A stretch of DNA of 64,000 nt from Candidatus Poribacteria bacterium (GTDB taxonomy: Bacteria > Poribacteria > WGA-4E > WGA-3G). Location: positions 2,944,001 through 3,008,000 of the forward strand of contig OZ243938.1 in assembly GCA_965214095.1 (NCBI GenBank), given 5' to 3'. Positions 20,024 through 30,452 of the stretch are shown one piece after another (position 1 is the stretch's first letter; each line of letters begins with the position of its first letter). The translations under genes and the position numbers were made by a program. The notes under the pieces were generated by a model, which did no database searches, had not been told where the DNA came from, and saw only the letters and a list, made by a program, of their open reading frames with translations.

Positions 20024-20052
20024 ATTATACACAATTTACGTTTAAATGTCAA
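20024..20052 (-). promoter_or_regulatory. Consensus sigma70 promoter for rho operon
   Basis: Minus strand TTGACA (20052-20047), 17 bp, TATAAT (20029-20024). Confidence 0.8.
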
Positions 20053-20155
20053 GTCTATTTTAAAAAAGTTAAAAATAGATATAATACCGTTAAGTTTCTT
20101 ATGTCAATTCGATCAATGGCTATCCTTTTGAACTAGTGGAGTTTCCATTCTTACA

Positions 20156-20241
20156 TTGTAGGTCGGGTAGAGGAACGACACCCGACTTTATTGATGATAA
20201 ATGGCTGCATGTCGGGTTTCGTGCCTCTACCCGACCTACAA
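20156..20241. repeat. REPIN-like inverted REP pair
   Basis: ttgtaggtcgggtagagg...acccgac and gtcgggt...cctctacccgacctacaa. Confidence 0.75.
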
Positions 20242-20389
20242 GATTAGTGTAGACAGAACACTAGACTGTAAGAGGCGCGTGAATTACGCTGCTATGACCG
20301 CATCAGTGAGACTAAATCAGAGGTCAAACCCCTCCAACAATACCGGAGGCGGAGCACAGATGCCCCGCCTTACACTTATAGGATGGACA

Positions 20390-22324
20390 CTACTCAGAAC
20401 TATCCTTTAATGGTTTTAATCTCTGCATTACTTTAGTATTGTATTTGTCCTTTTCCAAATATCCTTCCCATAGAGTTATTGCCTCGTCATTGTATCCTTT
20501 AGATACATAGTAATCTCCAAGTGCAATAACAGGTATGTCCAATTGCGGGTCTTTCTCAATAGCCTCTTTGAATGCATCTATGGCAGCTTGTTCATCACCT
20601 TTAATAAGAGCGATCTCACCCTTGGCATAAGGTAGCAATGAATGATCTGGATATTCAGTGGTGAGGGTTTCAATCATCTTTTGACTATCTTCTTCTCTAC
20701 CTTGTTTAAAGACAGCAATTGCGGCAAGTACTGTGCCATATCCATATTGATGTGTAAGCAACTTTCTCTCTGCAGGGTTTTCAGATTTATCCAGATGCCG
20801 TTTTGCAGTTCTGGCGGCAGCCTTATACTTTATATTTGCTTTACCGTATTCTCCGTGTTTATAACAAACGTCACCAAGTGTCTTCATAGTTACAAAAGAA
20901 TCTCTTTTATTTTCAACAAGGTCTTGGAAAATAACAGCGGTCTTTCGGTCTTTCAATCGGAAATGAAGCACCTCAGCAAGGCTTTGCAGAGCATCCGTAT
21001 CATCAGGATTTTTTGCAACAGCGCGTTCAAATGCATCTCTTTCTTTTTCGTATTCACCCAATTTTTCGTAAGTCTTTCCGATTAACCAGTATAATTCCGC
21101 ATCTTTTGCGCGATTTATACCGATGACAGAGTTAAATGTCTCTAAGGCTTTTTCATATTCTTCATTTGTATACTGATTCTGTCCGGTACTAATTATTGCA
21201 TCAATAACTTTTGGGTTTCGGGCTGCAGCTTTTTTCAGGACATTTGCTGCCTTTTGGTGCATGCCAAGCTTGCGATAACAAACAGAGAGTCGAATGTAAT
21301 TGATCGGTTCTATTTTTGCTTTATCATTCTCTGCGCGTGCGATTGCATCAAAGAGCAGTGCGCCAGCATCACGATATTGTTCTTCACCGTAAAAGAGACC
21401 AGCGATCATCAGTTCAGCGTCATAGTAAGTACCCTGATCGTCACCTGCTATAGGAGTTCCACCACCGAAATTTCTCATGACTTCTTCCGCGCTAATTCCA
21501 AACCCGGAATCCTCAATCACCACATTAGATTGCACAGCACGACTTCTTTCAGTACCTTGTGGACGGTCACGTTCACGTCGCTCTTCTTGTCTTCTCATTG
21601 CACGTCCAATTTGTGTATCTTCAGGGTTTTCTGGTTCCGGAATTGCAGCGTTGAGTTCATTCAATTCTTCTTTTGCCTTTTCAATCTCTGATTGTGCTGA
21701 ATCAAGTTTCCCGTATTTTTTCACCATATATTGGTAAGTGCGTTTTGCCTCTTCATCATCTTTAATTAATGTGCGTTGAATTCTCGCTTTGTTTGCAAGA
21801 GCTACAGCTGCGCGTTCACTTTGCGGATTTCGATTCGCATAATTATCAAACACTTCCACAGCTTGTTCAAATTTCTTCCCTTCTTCATAACTTTTTGCTA
21901 ACATTAATTGTGCTCGATGACTTGTTTCCAGTTGTGGGAAGTTGTTAATGATAGTATCAAATTGGACTTCTGCGGACTCATATTCTTGTTGACGGTAGTA
22001 ATGCATTCCCAATTCATAGTGTGCTTCGGCTGCTTCATCACTTTCAGGTGCCTCAGAGATGATGGCTTCATAAGCCTTGACACCTTCTGCAGGACGCTGC
22101 AGATTCTTCAAGTTAAGTTCACCAATTGCAAGTTGTGCCTTTCGTGCTTCAACAGTACCGGGTTGGGTATCAACTACACTTTGATATGCATCTAATGCAC
22201 CACGATAGTCTTTGGCTTCAACCAATTTATCTCCAGTACCAAGTGCATTTCCAGAGAGACAACCAACTTGTGTAAATGATAAAAGCAATAAAGCAGTAAG
22301 CAGACAGTAGTTCACATATTTCAT
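20390..22324 (-). CDS. TPR-repeat lipoprotein (BamD/YbgF-like N-terminus)
   Basis: Lipobox-like QVGC; many TPR motifs (AEAHYELG, AQLMLAKSY, YWLIGKTY). Confidence 0.85.
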   Translation of the reverse strand: MKYVNYCLLTALLLLSFTQVGCLSGNALGTGDKLVEAKDYRGALDAYQSVVDTQPGTVEARKAQLAIGELNLKNLQRPAEGVKAYEAIISEAPESDEAAEAHYELGMHYYRQQEYESAEVQFDTIINNFPQLETSHRAQLMLAKSYEEGKKFEQAVEVFDNYANRNPQSERAAVALANKARIQRTLIKDDEEAKRTYQYMVKKYGKLDSAQSEIEKAKEELNELNAAIPEPENPEDTQIGRAMRRQEERRERDRPQGTERSRAVQSNVVIEDSGFGISAEEVMRNFGGGTPIAGDDQGTYYDAELMIAGLFYGEEQYRDAGALLFDAIARAENDKAKIEPINYIRLSVCYRKLGMHQKAANVLKKAAARNPKVIDAIISTGQNQYTNEEYEKALETFNSVIGINRAKDAELYWLIGKTYEKLGEYEKERDAFERAVAKNPDDTDALQSLAEVLHFRLKDRKTAVIFQDLVENKRDSFVTMKTLGDVCYKHGEYGKANIKYKAAARTAKRHLDKSENPAERKLLTHQYGYGTVLAAIAVFKQGREEDSQKMIETLTTEYPDHSLLPYAKGEIALIKGDEQAAIDAFKEAIEKDPQLDIPVIALGDYYVSKGYNDEAITLWEGYLEKDKYNTKVMQRLKPLKDSSE

Positions 22325-22361
22325 TGTTTCTCTCCTTACTATTTTGTATCATGCAAGCATT

Positions 22362-22499
22362 TATAGTAAAAACCATAATTATTTACACACTACGGTAGGT
22401 TCGGTTTCCTAACCGAACCGGTGTTTGTTCAGTGTTATAGCTGCGGTTAGGAAACCGCATCTACCGTGGAATGTGCACATATTTTTACATTTCACTATA
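22362..22499. mobile_element. MITE family B carrying a REPIN; empty allele for the 53692 insertion
   Basis: tatagtaaaaacc...tttcactata; internal gtaggttcggtttcctaaccgaacc and gcggttaggaaaccgcatctac; near-identical to 53669-54003 minus its insert. Confidence 0.8.
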
Positions 22500-22583
22500 T
22501 ATTAGTAACTCTTTATTATACGTACGTTCTTAGATTTAATGTGGGTTCGGTATAAGCAGTTTTGGTATTCGGTGTGGTTGTGC

Positions 22584-23717
22584 TTAATACATCTGTTTTG
22601 ATGCACATAAGTCAATTAGGTCTAATACTTCTTGTTGACTATAACCTTCTCTTTCAATTAGTTGTTCACAATCCACACTATTTTTTTCATCTGGACCTTT
22701 TCCAGCTTCAAGTATTGAGTTTGTCAACCAGCTTGTTCGTATTCCGTTGATGCCTGACGTATAGTTTGCATCATATTCACCTTTTACAAGTCCGACAAGT
22801 TGATCAACCTTACTCTGTGGATATCCTTCAGGTCTCGGATATGAAAGGTCTTCTGCTTCTCCACTCTTTGGTGTAAAACGGATTCCATTTTTGATTTCTA
22901 TAGTACCCTGGTCACCTTCAAGAATAACCCATTCTTCAAAACCGACCCGTGTGTTACCCATAATAGTGATTGTGCCTTCTGCATCGTTATCAAGGGTTAC
23001 ATCTGAGTATGAATTAATCTCAACGAATTTCGGTACAAGATTACCTTCATCGTCTTGAAATTTCATGTCGGTAGTGCCATAAACTTTAGCCGGCAATCTA
23101 TCTGTCATCCATAGAAAAATATCTTGTAGATGACTTCCTGAGTCATTCGGTTGTCCACCACCAGAGAAGCGGGGATCACCACGCCAGCCACCAGCCCCCC
23201 ATCGTTGTGCCATGTAGACCTCAAATTTCTGAAGTTCGCCAATACGGCCATCTGCGATTGCAAGTCTTCCTGTAATGTAGGTATTATCATAGTGTCGTTG
23301 ATAGCCACCGACAAGGTGTAGACCGCTACCGATTGCGATTTTTGTTATGGAAATTGCATCTCCAACGATGTTTGCCATCGGTTTTTCAACAATGACATGG
23401 CAACCCGCACGTAGGGCGTATTTGACATGAATATCGTGCAAGGAATGTGGTGAGAAGACACCGACAATATCTAAATCTTCATGGTTGAGCATCTCAACAT
23501 ATTCATGTTCACCGAAGTACCGTTTTAGACTTTTTGGTTTATAATCTTCAACCCGTTGCTGCAGGGCATTTTCTAAAGCATCTAAACTTCCTTCATGAGC
23601 ATCTGCAGCAGCGACAACTTCGCAATCGGGACGTGTTGCAAATCCCATAGTGTTTCCACGTCCTGCACCACCAGGTCCGATCACGCCTACTCTCAAAATA
23701 TCGTTCTTACTTGGCAT
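22584..23717 (-). CDS. Gfo/Idh/MocA oxidoreductase
   Basis: GVIGPGGAG, VEKPM, GYQRHY, DSGSHLQD; probable start ATG 23717 with GGAG RBS. Confidence 0.9.
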   Translation of the reverse strand: MPSKNDILRVGVIGPGGAGRGNTMGFATRPDCEVVAAADAHEGSLDALENALQQRVEDYKPKSLKRYFGEHEYVEMLNHEDLDIVGVFSPHSLHDIHVKYALRAGCHVIVEKPMANIVGDAISITKIAIGSGLHLVGGYQRHYDNTYITGRLAIADGRIGELQKFEVYMAQRWGAGGWRGDPRFSGGGQPNDSGSHLQDIFLWMTDRLPAKVYGTTDMKFQDDEGNLVPKFVEINSYSDVTLDNDAEGTITIMGNTRVGFEEWVILEGDQGTIEIKNGIRFTPKSGEAEDLSYPRPEGYPQSKVDQLVGLVKGEYDANYTSGINGIRTSWLTNSILEAGKGPDEKNSVDCEQLIEREGYSQQEVLDLIDLCASKQMY

Positions 23718-23919
23718 TCTATTTATATCTCCGAGGTATGTCAAATTATTTACAGTCGTTGGTTTAATTTGTGTACTCGTATACAGGTAATATCACAGTC
23801 TGAATAGGTTGCTGTCCTTTCCACACAATCTGTTGTAAACGATTTCAAGTGTGTAAGTAATCTTGTGATCAATTACAGTTTCATCACAGATTTGATTATT
23901 AGACAATTTCATCTTAAAC

Positions 23920-24660
23920 TTAACCACCAAATACGCGGAATAATTTCTTAATCGGATCATAGAACTGATCAACAACACGTTCTTTCAATGGAATAATTGC
24001 ATTGTCAGTAATCGTAATATGTTCGGGACAAACGTTCGTACAGCATTTCGTAATGTTACAATACCCTATACCGTCCGAATCTTTCAATTCTTCCAACCGA
24101 TTTTCTGTATCAATCGGGTGCATTTCCAATGAAGCTGCATAGACAAAATGTCTCGGTCCGATGAATTCGTCGTGCAGATGGTGTTCACGCAGAACGTGAC
24201 AAACATCTTGACAGAGAAAACATTCAATACATTTTCGGAACTCTTGGACATGATCAATATCCTTTTGTTCCATCCGCCATGTGCCGTCCTCAGCATCAGG
24301 AGGACGCGGTGTAAACGGTTTCATCTTCTCTTTAACTTTATAGTTCCACGACACATCTGTAACAAGGTCTTTGATAATCGGAAAAGCACGCATGGGTTCA
24401 ACGGTGACAGGTTGGTCAAGGGGAATATCGTTTAGACGTGTCATACACATCAACTTCGGATTGCCGTTTACCTCTGCAGAACACGAACCGCATTTACCTG
24501 CCTTGCAGTTCCATCTGACAGCCAGATCATTCGCTTGTTCGGCTTGTATGCGGTGGACAGCATCTAAAACCACCATGCCTTCAGAGACTTCGGTTTCGTA
24601 ATCAACGAAATCTGCCTCGTTTGCATCTCCACGCCAGATTCTAAAAGTTGCTTTATCCAT
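23920..24660 (-). CDS. sdhB: Succinate dehydrogenase Fe-S subunit
   Basis: CKAGKCGSC...C, CIECFLCQDVC, CNITKCCTNVCP. Confidence 0.95.
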   Translation of the reverse strand: MDKATFRIWRGDANEADFVDYETEVSEGMVVLDAVHRIQAEQANDLAVRWNCKAGKCGSCSAEVNGNPKLMCMTRLNDIPLDQPVTVEPMRAFPIIKDLVTDVSWNYKVKEKMKPFTPRPPDAEDGTWRMEQKDIDHVQEFRKCIECFLCQDVCHVLREHHLHDEFIGPRHFVYAASLEMHPIDTENRLEELKDSDGIGYCNITKCCTNVCPEHITITDNAIIPLKERVVDQFYDPIKKLFRVFGG

Positions 24661-24681
24661 TGTGTTTCCTTCCAGTCTCGT

Positions 24682-26499
24682 TTATCCCATTTCCTCTATT
24701 ATCTGCTGATACTCTTCTGTTAATTCGGGAACGGGTTCACGTCGAATTGCCATTGTATTATCTTCAGTTTTATGGACAATCGTGTTATACTTTCCTGCAC
24801 CTTGTTCCTCTTTCTCAGGGAAATCATCACGAGAATGTGCCCCGATACTTGCCCTACGTTCAAGTGCTGCAAGTGCAATCGCCTCAGAAACTGTGATTAG
24901 ACAGTCGAGGTCAAGTGCTGTATGCCATCCTGAGTTGTATTCACGATTACCGATAGTATGCACGTTCTCTGCTTTTTCTCGCAAGGTCTGCACCTCTTCC
25001 AAGGCTTGTGTTAGGTTTTCTTGGCTTCGGGCAATGCCTACTAATTCTTGCATCTTATCCTGAAGTTCCGATTGAATCTGATATGGGTTCTCACCACCCT
25101 CTGGGTTATCAAATGGTTTAAGAACATGTTGAGCGATTTCTTCAACTGAACTTTCCTCAAGCGGTACAGCCCCGTTTTCTTCTGCAAACTGCGCTGCATA
25201 TTCACCAGCACGTTTGCCAAAAACAAGTAAGTCAGACAAGGAGTTACCACCGAGACGGTTTGCCCCGTGTAGACCTGCTGCACATTCACCTGCTGCGAAC
25301 AGACCGGGAACACATGTCATCTGCGTGTCGGGATCAACACGAATGCCACCCATGATATAGTGAGTCGTTGGTCCGACTTCCATCGGTTCTTCGGTGATGT
25401 CGATGTCGGCAAGTTCTTTGAACTGATGATACATGCTTGGCAGTTTTCTGCGGATATGTTCTTGTGCGTTCGGTATTTTCTCCTTTATCCATGCGATGTC
25501 TAAGAATACGCCACCATGCGGACTACCTCTGCCTTCGTGGACTTCACGGACGATACAACGCGCTACATGGTCACGTGTCAATAGTTCAGGCGGTCTGCGT
25601 GCCTCACGATCACCTTGTGTGTAAAGCCATCCTTCTTCAGGGCTGTCTGCAGTTTGGTTCACATAGAGTTCTGGAATATCATCAAACATGAAGCGGTTGC
25701 CTTCATTGTTCGTAAGGATTCCTCCTTCTCCTCTCACACCCTCAGTTACTAATATACCACGCACACTTGGGGGCCAGACCATACCTGTTGGATGAAATTG
25801 GACAAATTCCATATCAATCAGTTCCGCACCCGCATGATATGCAAGCGAATGTCCATCACCTGTATATTCCCAACTATTGCTTGTGATTTTATATGCTTTT
25901 CCGACTCCACCTGTTGCTACTACAATTGCTTTCGCAGAAAAGATTTTGAAACGACCTTTCTCACGTTCATAACCGAAAGCACCTGAGACCCTATCACCCG
26001 TTTTGAGAAGTGTGGTGATGGTATTCTCCATGTGGACTTCAATGCCTTGGTGAATACCGTGGTCTTGAAGTGCGCGAATCATCTCCAAACCTGTGCGGTC
26101 GCCAACGTGTGCAAGTCGCGGATACTGATGACCTCCGAAGTTTCGTTGTAAGATACTACCGTCCTGTGTGCGATCAAAGAGTGCACCCCATCCTTCAAGT
26201 TCACGGACTCGGTCAGGAGATTCCTTAGCGTGCAGTTCTGCCATCCGAGCGTTAGAGAGATACTGTCCACCACGCATTGTGTCAGCAAAATGCACTCGCC
26301 AACTGTCTCTTTCATCAACATTTGCTAAAGCAGCGGCAACACCACCTTCAGCCATCACAGTATGTGCTTTTCCAAGCAGTGATTTACAGACCAATCCAAC
26401 CTTTAGGTCTCCTGTAGCTGCCTCGATAGCAGCCCGTAATCCTGCTCCGCCAGCTCCGATTATTAACACGTCGTAATCAAAAGTTTCGTAAGATGCCAA
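24682..26499 (-). CDS. sdhA: Succinate dehydrogenase/fumarate reductase flavoprotein
   Basis: GAGGAG, AHTVMAEGG (covalent FAD His), QFHPT, HYIMGG, HGANRLGGNSL. Confidence 0.96.
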   Translation of the reverse strand: MASYETFDYDVLIIGAGGAGLRAAIEAATGDLKVGLVCKSLLGKAHTVMAEGGVAAALANVDERDSWRVHFADTMRGGQYLSNARMAELHAKESPDRVRELEGWGALFDRTQDGSILQRNFGGHQYPRLAHVGDRTGLEMIRALQDHGIHQGIEVHMENTITTLLKTGDRVSGAFGYEREKGRFKIFSAKAIVVATGGVGKAYKITSNSWEYTGDGHSLAYHAGAELIDMEFVQFHPTGMVWPPSVRGILVTEGVRGEGGILTNNEGNRFMFDDIPELYVNQTADSPEEGWLYTQGDREARRPPELLTRDHVARCIVREVHEGRGSPHGGVFLDIAWIKEKIPNAQEHIRRKLPSMYHQFKELADIDITEEPMEVGPTTHYIMGGIRVDPDTQMTCVPGLFAAGECAAGLHGANRLGGNSLSDLLVFGKRAGEYAAQFAEENGAVPLEESSVEEIAQHVLKPFDNPEGGENPYQIQSELQDKMQELVGIARSQENLTQALEEVQTLREKAENVHTIGNREYNSGWHTALDLDCLITVSEAIALAALERRASIGAHSRDDFPEKEEQGAGKYNTIVHKTEDNTMAIRREPVPELTEEYQQIIEEMG

Positions 26500-26527
26500 T
26501 CTAAAATTTCCTCTCTATAGACATAAC

Positions 26528-27316
26528 TTAAAACGTAATCCAATCTTTAAAATCATATACAGAAGCCATAAAAACATATAAATCAGAAAAACCGACCCAA
26601 CATAAACTCATCCATGCCCACAGCATGTGTTTACTGTTCAGACAACTGATACAGTTATACATATTTCTGCGAATAGGTGCTTTAGATAACAGATCAACAA
26701 CGCCACCCACAAGATGTCGTAAAGAGTGACAGCCAAGTGTATATCCACCTAAGAATACTACATTTCCTGCTAATATTATAGTTCCAATTCCAATTCCAAA
26801 TTTTTCTCCATCTTCAAACCAGAGTGCCTTCCATACATCGTAAGACAGGATGCCTAAAAATATGATGGCAATATACATAAAATATCTATGAATGTTTTGA
26901 ATTATCAATGGAAATGAATGTTCTCCGCGATAGCCTTTACGTGGTTCTGAAACTGAGCATGAAGGTGGATCTGCCCAAAATGCTTTGTAATATGCACCGC
27001 GATAGTAGTAGCATGTAAAGCGGAATCCGAGTGGTGCCCACAAAATGAGAACAGCAGGCGTAATAAAAGCAGGCATCCATTCTGGCATCACGCCAAACCA
27101 ACTATGTGCCCCATCAGGACTAAAAAGCAGCGGTGAATAAAAAGGCGACAAGTAGGCTTCATGAAGGTAATGTTGTCCCCAAAAAACCCGAAATGTTGCG
27201 TAGACTATGAATACTCCTAACCCGATAAATACTGCTAATGGTTGTACCCACCATGTATCTTTTCGTTGGGTTTGGAATGGTCGATTATCAATTAATGTTA
27301 ACTCTGGGTGTGCCAT
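26528..27316 (-). CDS. Succinate dehydrogenase membrane anchor, Rv0249c/type F-like
   Basis: YLSPFYSP, FRFTCYYYRGAYY, QNIHRYF, LGCHSLRH, HMLWAW; single anchor upstream of sdhAB. Confidence 0.85.
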   Translation of the reverse strand: MAHPELTLIDNRPFQTQRKDTWWVQPLAVFIGLGVFIVYATFRVFWGQHYLHEAYLSPFYSPLLFSPDGAHSWFGVMPEWMPAFITPAVLILWAPLGFRFTCYYYRGAYYKAFWADPPSCSVSEPRKGYRGEHSFPLIIQNIHRYFMYIAIIFLGILSYDVWKALWFEDGEKFGIGIGTIILAGNVVFLGGYTLGCHSLRHLVGGVVDLLSKAPIRRNMYNCISCLNSKHMLWAWMSLCWVGFSDLYVFMASVYDFKDWITF

Positions 27317-27375
27317 TTACAATAATTCCTTTATGTTGTATAGGATACAATAATTTAAGAATAAATGCAAGTTGT

Positions 27376-29562
27376 TTATTTGAGACGTATTGCCTCACGC
27401 ACGAGACCGATGAGTTCATTTTGCTGAGACGTGCGTTGATGTGGAAAAGGAAAAGTCCCTTCAAGTGTTTTCTCTACTGCTTCTAAAGTTCCCTCCAGTG
27501 CCCAGTAGCTGCCGCGAAGGATTTCTGCGAATTCTGCAACGGAAGCAGCAAGTTGATATGAAACCGATGTTTCTTCAAATGTGCCTTTAAGTTCACTCGT
27601 AAACATTTCCCGACTGACTTCCGTAACAATTGTGGTGTCTGGGTCTTCATGCCGGATGGAGACAGTCGCAAGTTTTCCGGTGACATCATCGCTTAGAAGT
27701 TTAATCTCATATAGGGCAGTGACACTGTGTCCTGAACCGATTTCTCCAGCGTCAACATCGTCATCGCGGAAGTCCTCATCATCAAGTCGCCTGTTTTCAT
27801 AACCAATCAGCCTGAAACGACTTACTGTTTCAGGATTGAATTCAACTTGAACTTTAGCATCTTTTGCGATAACTTGCAATGTGCCGGTCAAATTTTCTAC
27901 AAAGATTCGTCTTGCCTCATCAAGCGTATCCACATAGGCATAATTTCCGTTTCCATTATTTGCCAGTTGTTCCATAAGAATGTCGTTGTAATTGCCCATA
28001 CCGAAGCCAACGGTAGTTAAATAGATACCGTGCTCAACATAGTTTTCTATTTCAGTCAGGATACCTTCTGCTCCTGTTATTCCGATATTTGCCACACCAT
28101 CTGAACATAGGATCACACGATTGATATAGTCAGGACTGAAATTCTGAAAAGCAAGTTCGTATCCTACTCGTAATCCAGCCACAGCATTCGTTGCCCCTTC
28201 AGGTCTAAGCGAATCGATTGCTGCTAAGATATGTTCACGATTTACATTTCGTGTATGTGGCAGCAAAACTCTGGCGTTAGTGCCATAAATTACTATGCCT
28301 ATCTCGTCACCATCACGGAGTTCGTCAACAAGCAGTCTCAAAGCCTTTTTCACCAATTCCAGTCGGGTCTCCAAAGACATTGAGCCAGAGACATCAATTA
28401 CAAATGTAAGTTTCGCGTCTTTTCGGTCTGCGTCGGGAACAACGTATCCTTGTATACCGATTTGCAGCAATTGCAGCCGTTTTCCCTCGCCAAATTTGGA
28501 AGGTGCACCTTCAAGATGGATAGCAAACGTATCATCAGTGGGTGGTGTATACTCATAATCAAACGCATTGACAAATTCCTCTACACGCACAGCTTCGGGT
28601 GGTGGCAAGTATCCATCTCTGAGATAACGGCGGGTAACAGCATAAGAAGCGGTATCTACATCCATGCCAAACGTTGAAAAGACATCATCCTCTGTATCAA
28701 TAAATGGATTTGTTCCATGTGCCTGAAAGAATACATCTTGATAAGGAGCACTGTTGGGAGGATTTAATATAGAAGAGTCTGGAACAGTAGGAGGAGGTAC
28801 TCCGCCTGGAGGAACAGGTGTAGTTGCTTCTACTGCGTCAGCAACAACATCAAGATCGGCATCTACGGGTAAAGTAGATCGAGCATCAGTAGACTCAACA
28901 ACCGGAACTACTTTGCCGAAGTATTGTGCAACAAACACAAGGTCTAAAATATTGACGTTTCCGTCTCTATTTACATCTGTACGCGTGTTGACTATTGGAG
29001 TTATTCCGATACTTTGCCCCACCAGTGTCAAATCAAGGATATCTACCATTCCATCTTCATTCACATCTGCAAGTGATGTTCTTTCAACAACCATTCCATC
29101 AACGACCATCACATCCAAGGACATCGCTGCATTATTATATAGAGATAAATTCCTAAATATGATTGCAGAAGTCTTTTCTGCAACTACCTCAAACTGTATG
29201 GTTGCAAGCGTTCCATTTTCCGATGTGGCAATACCTGTTGAAGAGGTTGCAGCGATGGAAACACCATCCGAAGTATTTATTACTGAAGCTGCAAATGTCC
29301 CTGTAGGGACGTAAGCTCCATTTGTGCTTTCCATATAGCGAAGGGCAGTCGGGTCAAAGCCAATGATCATACTATAGGCTGCGATGTCTTTACCACCTGT
29401 TATCTGTATGTTGAGTTGTATGTGTTCTCCGACTGCTGGAGATGGAATTTGCTCAGGTGATACAGAGACAATCGCAGCACCATAACCCAATACTGTAAAA
29501 CTCAGTCCTATAAGAACAACGAAACTGAGGATAAGATGGTTTTTCTTGAATTTTTTCATCAT
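27376..29562 (-). CDS. Secreted cohesin-dockerin-VWA (YfbK-like) protein
   Basis: Signal peptide; cohesin-like (FDPTALRY, GTLATIQFEV); dockerin EF-hand pair (DVNEDGMVDILDL, DVNRDGNVNILDL); YfbK-type VWA (STFGMDVDTASY, DVSGSM, LIGYENR). Confidence 0.85.
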   Translation of the reverse strand: MMKKFKKNHLILSFVVLIGLSFTVLGYGAAIVSVSPEQIPSPAVGEHIQLNIQITGGKDIAAYSMIIGFDPTALRYMESTNGAYVPTGTFAASVINTSDGVSIAATSSTGIATSENGTLATIQFEVVAEKTSAIIFRNLSLYNNAAMSLDVMVVDGMVVERTSLADVNEDGMVDILDLTLVGQSIGITPIVNTRTDVNRDGNVNILDLVFVAQYFGKVVPVVESTDARSTLPVDADLDVVADAVEATTPVPPGGVPPPTVPDSSILNPPNSAPYQDVFFQAHGTNPFIDTEDDVFSTFGMDVDTASYAVTRRYLRDGYLPPPEAVRVEEFVNAFDYEYTPPTDDTFAIHLEGAPSKFGEGKRLQLLQIGIQGYVVPDADRKDAKLTFVIDVSGSMSLETRLELVKKALRLLVDELRDGDEIGIVIYGTNARVLLPHTRNVNREHILAAIDSLRPEGATNAVAGLRVGYELAFQNFSPDYINRVILCSDGVANIGITGAEGILTEIENYVEHGIYLTTVGFGMGNYNDILMEQLANNGNGNYAYVDTLDEARRIFVENLTGTLQVIAKDAKVQVEFNPETVSRFRLIGYENRRLDDEDFRDDDVDAGEIGSGHSVTALYEIKLLSDDVTGKLATVSIRHEDPDTTIVTEVSREMFTSELKGTFEETSVSYQLAASVAEFAEILRGSYWALEGTLEAVEKTLEGTFPFPHQRTSQQNELIGLVREAIRLK

Positions 29563-29626
29563 TATTTTCCTGTGTGATTTTGTTGGTGTTTCTTATTTAG
29601 GCAGAAAAGAGAAAATAGATGAATCT

Positions 29627-30367
29627 CTACATCTCCAACGTATGTGTCAACGGTTCCCAACCAAGCAACCGTTTTGCTTTTGAAAGATTGATTTCTTTCT
29701 GCTCATAGTCACCTGCGATGAAGAATGCATTGAATCCTTCGTGTTCTACCGAAATTGCAGCAAGATAAGCACGCGCCAAATCCTCCTCATCTGTCCACCA
29801 AATATGTACCGACGAGTCTTTTGGTTGTGCGCGCCGTTCTAACCACTGTTCACGTGTAGATGGACCTGTTATTCGTAGAGCAATTAGGGACATTTCGTGT
29901 TCGCGTGCAAAGTATTCACAGACCTGTTCACCGAAACTTTTGGTCAATCCGTAGACACCGGGATTATCTCGCGGAACAATATCTTCATAAGGATAACTAT
30001 TTCGGGTGCGTTCATGCACGGTGAAAGTGCTGGTGTAAACACCGTGCTTAATTCCTGCTTCTTTTGCAGCATGAAGAAGAATATGAAGTCCCTTTGCATT
30101 CACATCATAGTTTGCAATGATGTCAGGAAAATCTGCGACAGATGACCGATCACTTGTAGGACGCAACATCACCATGTAGACAAACGTGTCCATTCCTTTC
30201 AACGCTTCTTGGACAATGTCCACATCCGTTACAGACCCCTGTATATACTCAATGGATTCGTCTTTAGGTGGAGACAAATCAAGTACGCGGAAATTGTGTT
30301 GTTCCTTCATATATGGGAGTGTCATGGTTCCAACATGACCGGAACCACCTACAAGTAGCACATTCAT
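29627..30367 (-). CDS. NAD-dependent epimerase/dehydratase
   Basis: GGSGHVG, YGLTK SDR motif. Confidence 0.88.
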   Translation of the reverse strand: MNVLLVGGSGHVGTMTLPYMKEQHNFRVLDLSPPKDESIEYIQGSVTDVDIVQEALKGMDTFVYMVMLRPTSDRSSVADFPDIIANYDVNAKGLHILLHAAKEAGIKHGVYTSTFTVHERTRNSYPYEDIVPRDNPGVYGLTKSFGEQVCEYFAREHEMSLIALRITGPSTREQWLERRAQPKDSSVHIWWTDEEDLARAYLAAISVEHEGFNAFFIAGDYEQKEINLSKAKRLLGWEPLTHTLEM

Positions 30368-30452
30368 TGTGTTTCCTCAAATTATGTTAGTATTGAATTA
30401 TCTGAATATCCATTAATATCGTAAGTTAAAATTATTGCTGCGATGGAGATGT

